DNA of 64,000 nt from an uncultured Oscillospiraceae bacterium (lineage in GTDB: Bacteria; Bacillota; Clostridia; Oscillospirales; Oscillospiraceae), in contig CAZNUD010000002.1 in the NCBI GenBank assembly GCA_964576195.1, positions 4,117 to 68,116 of the forward strand. Direction: 5' to 3'. Of this stretch, positions 57,181 to 64,000 are shown piece after piece. Every line of letters begins with the position of its first letter. The stretch's first letter is position 1. Made by a program: the position numbers and the translations under genes. The notes under the pieces are model-generated. The model had not been told where the DNA came from. It searched no databases and saw only the letters and a program-made list of their open reading frames with translations.

Positions 57181-58188
57181 TTATGCTCTTGCCTTTTTAA
57201 TTTCCGCTATTAGAACCGGAATTATCTCAAACAAGTCACCAACTACGGCATAATCCGCAACGTTAAAGATGGGAGAGGTCTCATCCTTATTGATGGCAAT
57301 GATGGTCTTAGAACTGCTCATGCCCGCGACGTGCTGAATAGCGCCGGAAATTCCGCAAGCAATATAAATCTTGGGTCCGACTGTCTTGCCGGTTTGACCG
57401 ACTTGATGGGAGTGGTCAATCCAACCTGCGTCAACAGCAGCGCGGGAAGCACCCACAACGCCACCTAGTAAGTCTGCAAGCTCCTTAATAGGCTTGAAGC
57501 CATCAGGGCCTCCAACACCACGGCCGCCGGAAACGATAATTTCTGCGCCTTCAAGATCAACCAGCTCACCGGCAACTTCCTTAAGAGATTCAAGAAGCTC
57601 AGTGCGTATTCTCTCAGGTGCTACATGGAAATCTTCCTTTATGACTTCAGCCTTGTGGCCTATGTCAGCCTCAGCCTTCTTAAACACGCCGGGGCGAACA
57701 GTACCGATCTGAGGGCGGTTGTCCGGGCACATGATGGTTGCCATGAGGTTGCCGCCGAAGGCGGGACGAGTCCAAGCAACATTGCCGGTTTCCTCGTCAA
57801 TAGCAAGATTTGTGCAGTCAGCGGTAAGGCCTGTTTTCAGGCGGCAAGAAAGACGGGGACCAAGGTCACGGCCATTGTTTGTTGCGCCGATGAGTATGCT
57901 GGTGGGTCCGTATTTCTCTACCAAATAGTGCATTGCGTCTGTATAGGCATCGGTGGTATAGTGCTCATATTCCTTACCTTCCACAACGATGATTCTATCA
58001 GCGCCGTGTTCGGTTGCAGACTTAACAGCATCATCTACACCGTTGCCGACAATAACACCAACGAGGCTTCCGCCCTGCTTGTCAGCAAGGTCACGGCCCG
58101 GGGTCAGAAGCTCAAGACCGACATTTTTTGCCGTTCCGTTTTCATTGGTTTCGATAAATACCCATAAATCTTTAGTTTTTGCTTCCAT
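57181..58188 (-). CDS. etfA: electron transfer flavoprotein subunit alpha
   Basis: 335 aa, C-terminal FAD-binding region IYIACGISGAIQH. Confidence 0.92.
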   Translation of the reverse strand: MEAKTKDLWVFIETNENGTAKNVGLELLTPGRDLADKQGGSLVGVIVGNGVDDAVKSATEHGADRIIVVEGKEYEHYTTDAYTDAMHYLVEKYGPTSILIGATNNGRDLGPRLSCRLKTGLTADCTNLAIDEETGNVAWTRPAFGGNLMATIMCPDNRPQIGTVRPGVFKKAEADIGHKAEVIKEDFHVAPERIRTELLESLKEVAGELVDLEGAEIIVSGGRGVGGPDGFKPIKELADLLGGVVGASRAAVDAGWIDHSHQVGQTGKTVGPKIYIACGISGAIQHVAGMSSSKTIIAINKDETSPIFNVADYAVVGDLFEIIPVLIAEIKKARA

Positions 58189-58203
58189 TTTTACGTTACC
58201 CCC

Positions 58204-59010
58204 TTAGATAATCTTATCGGCAGTAAGAGCCACAAATAGCTTCTTTGCCGAGTCGGCGTTGGTTTCTTCCTGAATCCTCACGCCGCCGGTTTTAACTTCC
58301 GGTGTGAAGGTCTTTTTAACCTTTGTGGGGGAACCCTTAAGGCCGATTCTGGTGGAATCAATCATGGATTCAAGATCTGCAAAGGCAATTGTGGGAATTT
58401 CCTTCCGATTTGCTGCCATTTTGGACTTGATAGTGGGATAGCGGGGGTCAAAGCTGGGCTTTGTAACAGTAACGAGACAGGGCATCTTAACGCCGATGAT
58501 CTCAAAGCCGTCATCTACTTCCTTCTTGACCTTTACCATGTTGCCATCAACCTCGGACTCAACAGCGTATGTAACCTGAGGACGATCAAGGTGCTCTGCC
58601 ATTTCAGGGCCAACCTGTGCGGTGTCGCCATCAATAGCCTGCTTGCCGCAGAAAATGATGTCAAACTTACCCTGAGTTTTCTCAAGCTTTTTTACTGCTG
58701 TTGAAAGGATATAGGAGGTTGCAAGGGTATCAGAGCCGCCGAATTCACGGCCGCTGACCAGATAGGCTTCATCGCCGCCAACGGCGAGGCATTCCTTAAG
58801 GGCGTTCTGAGCCTGAGGAGGTCCCATGCAGACAAGGGTGATTTTAGCTGATGGGTCCTTGTCCTTAATCCTAGCGGCAAGCTCAAGAGCATATGCGTCA
58901 AAGGGATTGACGATGCTGGGAACGCCATCACGGATAAGGGTCTTCTTGATAGGGTCTATCTTAATCTCAGTGGTATCAGGTACCTGTTTAATACAAACAA
59001 GTATGTTCAT
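58204..59010 (-). CDS. etfB: electron transfer flavoprotein subunit beta
   Basis: MNILVCIKQVPD N-terminus. ATG 59010 after GAAGGAA. The longer track ORF is rejected. Confidence 0.92.
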   Translation of the reverse strand: MNILVCIKQVPDTTEIKIDPIKKTLIRDGVPSIVNPFDAYALELAARIKDKDPSAKITLVCMGPPQAQNALKECLAVGGDEAYLVSGREFGGSDTLATSYILSTAVKKLEKTQGKFDIIFCGKQAIDGDTAQVGPEMAEHLDRPQVTYAVESEVDGNMVKVKKEVDDGFEIIGVKMPCLVTVTKPSFDPRYPTIKSKMAANRKEIPTIAFADLESMIDSTRIGLKGSPTKVKKTFTPEVKTGGVRIQEETNADSAKKLFVALTADKII

Positions 59011-59131
59011 GATAGGATTCCTTCTTTCCATAAATTTGCACTTATAGGACATTTTTGTAGGCAATGGGCGGTGTGCTTCCGCCATTTTTGCATAAAAATG
59101 CCTAAAATTTAAATATCTTCGCACTTTTTAC

Positions 59132-59161
59132 ATTATACGTCAACAAAAGTGCGCATGTCAA
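59132..59161 (-). promoter_or_regulatory. internal sigma-A promoter upstream of etfB
   Basis: Minus strand reads TTGACA-18 nt-TATAAT. It is embedded in the inverted repeat GCACTTTT..AAAAGTGC (59121-59152). Confidence 0.55.
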
Positions 59162-59261
59162 CCAATATATATGTGGGACTCTGTGCCGAAAAGCCCAAAC
59201 ACAAGTTAATCTAAATTGATTAAAGCTATAAGAATATTTATATTATTGTCTCCTGTGTTTA

Positions 59262-59305
59262 ACGCGGCCCGCGTGAACCAAAGCTCACGCGGGCCGTGAT
59301 TTTGC
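59262..59305 (-). terminator. GC-rich hairpin after the acyl-CoA dehydrogenase gene
   Basis: CACGGCCCGCGTGA-gctttggt-TCACGCGGGCCG(C)G, about 40 nt after the stop at 59344. The U-tract on the minus strand is poor (TTAAAC). Confidence 0.45.
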
Positions 59306-59343
59306 ATACTGTTGAGCAGAAATGTTATGCTGTTCTATAAGCC

Positions 59344-60504
59344 TTACATGAGGCCGGAAGCCTTAAGCAGGGCCTTTAATACGACCATGCGCTGAACCTC
59401 GTTGGTGCCCTCAAAGAGAGTACCGATTTTTGCGTTGCGCAGGATGATCTCCACGGGGTACTCCTTGGAGTATCCGTAGCCACCGTGAATCTGGATAGCT
59501 TCGTTTGCAACTTCAAAGCAAGACTCTGAAGAAAAAGCCTTTGCAGCGGAAGACAGGGCACTGTCTATAACGCCCTCGTCGATCATCGCTGCAACCTTAT
59601 AAACAAGGGCGCGGGCTGCTTCATATTTGATCTCCATGTCGGCAATCTTGAATTGAATGGCCTGATTCTGAAGAATGGGCTGACCGAAGGTAATGCGCTG
59701 AGTGGAATAATCCATGCACTTGTCTATGCAGCTTTTCATAGCGCCGCAGCATGCTGCGCCAACACCTGCGGGACGGGTACGGTCAAAGGTCATCATAGCG
59801 ATCTTAAAGCCTTCGCCCTGCTTGCCAACCATGTTAGACTTGGGAATGCGAACATTTTCAAATATAACCTCGGTTGTGTTGGAAAGGCGGATGCCCATCT
59901 TGTTTTCCTCAGCGCCGATGCTTATGCCGGGGGTCTTGCGGTCTACATAGAAGCAGGACATAGAGCGTGTTCCGTTGCCTGGGTCGGTAACTGCAAATAC
60001 GGTATAGATGCTGGCATGTTCGCCGTTGGTGATGAATGACTTTGTGCCGTTAATGACCCACTCTTCACCGTCGAGGACTGCATTGGTGCGGCCTGCAGCA
60101 ACGTCGGAACCTGCATCTGCTTCCGTAAGAGCAAATGCAGCCAGTCCGCCGTCAACTATGTACTTGCCGTATTCCTCTTTCTGTTCCTGTGTACCAAAAA
60201 GCTGAAGGGGCATAAAAGCGAGACCACAAGCGCCGATAACGGTCGCAAAGCCGATATCCTGATATGCCAGCTCTTCGAGAACTAGAGAGTTGGTAAACTC
60301 GCCCATTCCACCGCCGCCGATAGACTCGGGCAGAGTGATGCTTGTTAGGCCCATTTCTGCAGCCTTTTTGACAACATCCATGGGGGTTTCGCTCTTCTCA
60401 TCGCACTCTTTGATCCTTTCCCAAGGAAGCTCCTTGCGGATAAAATCACGGGTCATCTGCTGAATGTCAATCTGGTCTTGAGTTAAGCCGTATTCTTCTT
60501 TCAT
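59344..60504 (-). CDS. acyl-CoA dehydrogenase (butyryl-CoA dehydrogenase-like)
   Basis: 386 aa from ATG 60504 after GAAGGAGA. ACAD motifs (LTEADAGSD, QIHGGYGY, catalytic Glu in FEGTNEV). Partnered with etfBA. Confidence 0.88.
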   Translation of the reverse strand: MKEEYGLTQDQIDIQQMTRDFIRKELPWERIKECDEKSETPMDVVKKAAEMGLTSITLPESIGGGGMGEFTNSLVLEELAYQDIGFATVIGACGLAFMPLQLFGTQEQKEEYGKYIVDGGLAAFALTEADAGSDVAAGRTNAVLDGEEWVINGTKSFITNGEHASIYTVFAVTDPGNGTRSMSCFYVDRKTPGISIGAEENKMGIRLSNTTEVIFENVRIPKSNMVGKQGEGFKIAMMTFDRTRPAGVGAACCGAMKSCIDKCMDYSTQRITFGQPILQNQAIQFKIADMEIKYEAARALVYKVAAMIDEGVIDSALSSAAKAFSSESCFEVANEAIQIHGGYGYSKEYPVEIILRNAKIGTLFEGTNEVQRMVVLKALLKASGLM

Positions 60505-60688
60505 TGTCTCGTCTCCTTCAAAATTTGCTTCCGGGCAATTCTCTCCCTGGCACCTGCCACCTACCCGGCAAAAATATGGAAAGTACTCGAAAAAGTCCGC
60601 TAGACGCAATTCATAATAATAAGCCAATCATGCTTTTTGAATTAAACTGCAGGAACACTGTTAAATTCTTGACATTTCCATTAGGGTC

Positions 60689-60717
60689 ATTATACAACAA
60701 CTTAATGTGCTTTGCAA
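60689..60717 (-). promoter_or_regulatory. sigma-A promoter for the acyl-CoA dehydrogenase gene
   Basis: Minus strand reads TTGCAA-17 nt-TATAAT, leaving a ~180-nt 5' UTR. Confidence 0.6.
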
Positions 60718-60978
60718 CGGTTTAATAGAAAAAAAGACAATTGATAATTTATATACAAAAGACCTTATTAATTGCAGTCAAAATGCACTTATTTTCTTGC
60801 AAAAATGACAGAAAAATGAAGGTTTTCTGCCCAAAACTATGCTGACGCTTTTTTTCTTGACATTGCATCTGTACGTGTGAGAATATTATCATGGAAAGAG
60901 TTTTATATTTGCTGAGTTTTGACAAGATAATAATTATATATTATTTTTTTCCGAAGTGGAAAAGCAAGGAGGTTTCTC

Positions 60979-62592
60979 ATGGCGTTTTGTACCGAATGCG
61001 GAACTAAGCTTCAGGAAAACGCACGATTTTGTACCAACTGCGGAACTCTTCAAAAAGCTTCCAGCTTAAATAATAAACCATCAATAGATGAGGCCGGTGT
61101 TCAGCCTGAAACCGAAAAGCTCACTAAGACCGCAACTGAAACTGTCAACCAAATTTTTCCGCCCTCAAGAAGCTTTCAGGAGGAGAACCGCTACTACACT
61201 CCACCCCAAGCCACAGGTGGCTTTGTCCCCCCATATCAGTCGGGCAGCTATTATTCAGCTCCTCAGAAGACTTCACCGTATCAGCCGAAAAAAAACTCCG
61301 GTAAAACGGCGCTTATCGTAGTTCTGTCTGTGGTTGCTTTTATTCTTATTGTATTAGTGCCGCTTCTTTTCTTGTGGGAGATAGATGACGAAAGCTCTTA
61401 CATAGGCTACTGGGAATCCGAAGAAGCCGATTTCGGAAATGGCCAATTTACGGACGAATACCTCGGCAATGAGGTGGACGGTATGATGGGCCTGCAAATA
61501 AACACCGACGGAACCATGTATCTCGGCAGCGCGTATGTTGATGATATTATTAACGGCAAATGGGAGCAAGGCTCAAATGGCTTAGACGCAAAGTTAAACG
61601 ACCAAAGGGTGTATCTTTCCATGCAGGGCAAAGACCTTTTGCTTTTTGATGGCAGCATAACCGTAAGATTTGAACGAAGCCGCGGTGACATTAACAGTCC
61701 CAGCATCCCATCCGGCTCCCTTAGGGGGGGCAGCACTTCCCTACCCAAATTGCCCGGAGAGGAAAGAAGCACTTATGCGCCTAAAGCCTCTGTTGCAGGC
61801 AGCGGAGATGTGGCCAACGGGCTTTTCCATGTGGCGGTTGTCGGTGCGGAGGAGACAGTAGACTATAACAATATGCCCACAATCCGTTTTTATTACGAGT
61901 TAACAAATAACTCTGATTACTCCATTTCCCCGTGGAATGTGTTGGACTATACCGCAAAGCAGAGCGGCGATGCCCTCGATATTACAAATTCCTGGCAGGA
62001 CAGCATTCCGGAATATTATAACTACAACAAGAACATTCGTCCGGGAATAACAATCCTCTGCATCTGCGAATTTGAAATGAACCCTCAGGGTGGCAGCATT
62101 GACTTTACCATATACGGCTGGGAAACCGGAATGGACGGCAACTCTGTTACCGCGACCTACTTCCCTGACAGACTTCCGGGCAGACCGGCGCCCTACGTAA
62201 TAAAACCCGTTGCAGAGCCTCAATGGACCCTTGGCATTCCGGCGGAAGGCACTTTGGACGAGAGCTACTATGTGTCTGTTAAAGATGCCCAGATTATAGA
62301 AGATGTAGACGGAGATACCGCTATAAGGGTATTCTGTTATTTTACTAATAATTCGGAAGAGACAATCAGCATGTGCGCCGCTCTTCACTGCTTAGCCTAT
62401 CAGGACGGTGTTCAGCTCGAGGAAAGCTATGCAGCAGACAACAGCGGCAGTCCCTATGCAGACGTGCGCCCCGGCAGCTCCGTAAGCTGCTCGATGGTTT
62501 TTAAGCTTCGAAACCAAAGCTCCCCCGTTGAAGCCGAGGCTGTCTCATCCATTACCTATGATGCTGTTGGCCAGACATACTATATAAAATAA
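60979..62592 (+). CDS. zinc-ribbon / single-pass membrane protein with tandem DUF5067/DUF4352-like extracellular domains
   Basis: MAFCTECGTKL..ARFCTNCG zinc ribbon, P/Q/Y-rich linker, TM ALIVVLSVVAFILIVLVPLLFLW, then two similar ~120-aa beta-rich modules. Confidence 0.6.
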   Translation: MAFCTECGTKLQENARFCTNCGTLQKASSLNNKPSIDEAGVQPETEKLTKTATETVNQIFPPSRSFQEENRYYTPPQATGGFVPPYQSGSYYSAPQKTSPYQPKKNSGKTALIVVLSVVAFILIVLVPLLFLWEIDDESSYIGYWESEEADFGNGQFTDEYLGNEVDGMMGLQINTDGTMYLGSAYVDDIINGKWEQGSNGLDAKLNDQRVYLSMQGKDLLLFDGSITVRFERSRGDINSPSIPSGSLRGGSTSLPKLPGEERSTYAPKASVAGSGDVANGLFHVAVVGAEETVDYNNMPTIRFYYELTNNSDYSISPWNVLDYTAKQSGDALDITNSWQDSIPEYYNYNKNIRPGITILCICEFEMNPQGGSIDFTIYGWETGMDGNSVTATYFPDRLPGRPAPYVIKPVAEPQWTLGIPAEGTLDESYYVSVKDAQIIEDVDGDTAIRVFCYFTNNSEETISMCAALHCLAYQDGVQLEESYAADNSGSPYADVRPGSSVSCSMVFKLRNQSSPVEAEAVSSITYDAVGQTYYIK

Positions 62593-62708
62593 GCGATTAT
62601 AAGAACAAGGCGCTGCTTATAAGCAGCGCCTTGTTCTTTATGATAATAAAGGTATTACTTCATCCAATGTAATATACTAAAATAAATAATTTTTGCTAAT
62701 TCCTTACT

Positions 62709-63137
62709 TTAGAATTTAACGTCATCGGCCGTCAGTAGCTTAAAGCCCTTTTCCTCTAGGCATTTAATGGCCTTAACCTGATCGTCACATTTAAGGATTA
62801 TCGTGGCACCGTCACCCACAGGAGAAACGAATCCGTAACTGTATTCTACCATTATGTCGTTATCGGTAAGAGCAGTCAGGGCAGCGTGAAAAGTGCCGGG
62901 CTTGTCGTCAGCTTCAAGGGCGATAACATCGGTTTCCTTAACTGTCATCCCCGCTTCGCGCAGAGCGTTAAGGGCTGTTTTGCGCTTATCAACAATTAGG
63001 CGCACTACACCGAAATCTGTTGTGTCGGCAATAGTGATTGCGCGGAGGTTTACCCCGGCCCGATAAAGCACTCCGGTAATATCCCGGATTGCGCCCTTGC
63101 GGTTCTCCGCAAAAACGGATATTTGCTTTAAAAGCAT
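62709..63137 (-). CDS. ACT domain-containing protein
   Basis: 142 aa, two ACT-like halves (ISVFAENRKGAIRDITGVL..). Usual partner downstream of paaK in anaerobes. Confidence 0.8.
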   Translation of the reverse strand: MLLKQISVFAENRKGAIRDITGVLYRAGVNLRAITIADTTDFGVVRLIVDKRKTALNALREAGMTVKETDVIALEADDKPGTFHAALTALTDNDIMVEYSYGFVSPVGDGATIILKCDDQVKAIKCLEEKGFKLLTADDVKF

Positions 63138-63148
63138 AGAACTCCTCC

Positions 63149-64000
63149 TTAATAATTCATCTTCGTGCGTTTGTCGATTACACGTTTTGCCTTGCCCTCG
63201 AAGCGCTCTATGCTCTTGGGCTCAACCAGCTTTATCTTAGCCGAAATGCCAAGAACGGAATGGATGGCATCGGTAACCCGCTTTGACATGGCTTCAAGCT
63301 TTCGTACCTCGTCGGTAAAGGTGTCCTCTGTAAGCTCCACCAAAACGGTTAGCTTATCCAGATTTCCCTCCCGTTCAACTATCATCTGGAAGAAGGGCGC
63401 GATCCCCTCCATATTCATAAGCACGGATTCTATCTGCGACGGGAACACATTGACGCCGCGTATGATAAGCATATCGTCGGTTCTTCCCGCAGGCTTAACC
63501 ATGCGAACAAAGCTTCTGCCGCATTCACACTCACCGGGAATTATTATTCCCACATCCCGGGTGCGGTAGCGGATAAGAGGCAGAGCCTCCTTGGTCATGC
63601 AGGTAAAGACTATTTCACCCTCGCTACCCGGGGGTAAAAGCTCACCGGTCTCAGGGTCGATTATTTCTAAAAAGAAATGGTCTTCATTAACATGCAGTCC
63701 GTTTTGACACTCACATTCGTAGGCAACTCCTGGGCCGATAATCTCAGATAGTCCGTAAATATCGTAGGCCTTCAAATTAAGTAACTGCTCAATTTCCCGG
63801 CGCATGCTGTCTGTCCATGGCTCAGCACCGAAGAAACCGGCTTTCAGGTGTATATCGTCCTTGGAAATACCGTTTTGTTGCATGAATTCTGCTATCGTTA
63901 GAGCATAGGAAGGTGTTGCCAAAATAAAGCTCGGCTTAAAGTCCTGCAAAATCGTAACCTGACGCCGGGTGTTGCCGGTAGAAGCGGGGATGGTTGCACA
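63149..64000 (-). CDS. paaK: phenylacetate-CoA ligase, C-terminal ~280 aa (5' end beyond the window)
   Basis: The frame stays open to position 64000 (..TIPASTGNTRRQVTILQDFKPSFILATPSYAL). YGLSEIIGPG, RYRTRD, GVNVFPSQIE, KAKRVIDKR. Confidence 0.88.
   Translation of the reverse strand, partial: CATIPASTGNTRRQVTILQDFKPSFILATPSYALTIAEFMQQNGISKDDIHLKAGFFGAEPWTDSMRREIEQLLNLKAYDIYGLSEIIGPGVAYECECQNGLHVNEDHFFLEIIDPETGELLPPGSEGEIVFTCMTKEALPLIRYRTRDVGIIIPGECECGRSFVRMVKPAGRTDDMLIIRGVNVFPSQIESVLMNMEGIAPFFQMIVEREGNLDKLTVLVELTEDTFTDEVRKLEAMSKRVTDAIHSVLGISAKIKLVEPKSIERFEGKAKRVIDKRTKMNY

Noticed and set aside
58204-59124. Long versions of etfB (306 aa), of the acyl-CoA dehydrogenase (59344-60627), and of lon, clpP, tig, rpoZ, remA, yicC and ackA given in the track
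   Set aside because: Family N-termini and good Shine-Dalgarno sequences support internal start codons. The upstream extensions have no homology-like sequence.
60669-60696. Plus-strand TTGACA-16-TATACA promoter-like element
   Set aside because: It overlaps the better minus-strand bcd promoter and lies about 280 nt from the next plus-strand gene. It is likely fortuitous in AT-rich DNA.
60505-60978. Possible Rex, CIRCE or CtsR operators upstream of bcd, lon and clpP, and a cre site upstream of ackA
   Set aside because: Only partial half-site resemblances were found (for example GAATTTAAC..GTTTAATTC near 60640-60665). None is close enough to the remembered consensus sequences to report as a feature.
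1-64000. Search for CRISPR arrays, tRNA/rRNA genes, IS elements, integrases, phage or conjugation genes, and toxin-antitoxin pairs
   Set aside because: I saw no spaced direct repeats, no cloverleaf-like GTTCGAATC-type segments in intergenic DNA, and no transposase, recombinase or small paired ORFs. All intergenic gaps are under 450 nt.

Overview
Core-chromosome segment of a spore-forming Firmicute, Clostridia-like by gene content (ytfJ/ytfI-like, dacB-type and DUF1540 genes, an ispH-S1 fusion, bcd-etfBA, paaK-ACT). About 66 protein genes are tightly packed and roughly 80% lie on the minus strand. The housekeeping blocks are: priA-def-fmt; yicC-remA-gmk-rpoZ; cdaA-cdaR; ispD-ispF; rpiR-flavoprotein-cmk-plsC-ispH/S1; scpA-scpB-ytfI-ytfJ-dacB; tig-clpP-clpX-lon-engB; and lepB-ylqF-rnhB-yraN-thrC. 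I saw no rRNA, tRNA, CRISPR array, transposase, integrase or phage genes. The most interesting signal is a well-formed T-box leader at about 45929-46206, with its own sigma-A promoter. Its specifier loop reads GAA-UAC-A (Tyr), and it has a canonical antiterminator/terminator switch. It sits directly upstream of an ANL-family acyl-CoA/adenylate-forming ligase, not an aminoacyl-tRNA synthetase, biosynthesis or transporter gene. Other items worth a second look: (a) an orphan fusion of a PEP-synthase-type ATP-grasp domain to a minimal nucleotidyltransferase, with a damaged-looking 5' end, lying with gdh between rplS and the lepB-ylqF-rnhB block; (b) an AIM24/TIGR00266 plus SPFH(YdjI-like) triple-zinc-ribbon gene pair without pspA; (c) a bcd...etfBA cluster split by a 333-nt spacer carrying a hairpin and an internal promoter; (d) a probable non-canonical start codon on an M50 protease; (e) a lysine-rich tail on trigger factor. 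All product calls rest on motifs I recognised in the supplied translations. No database search was run.
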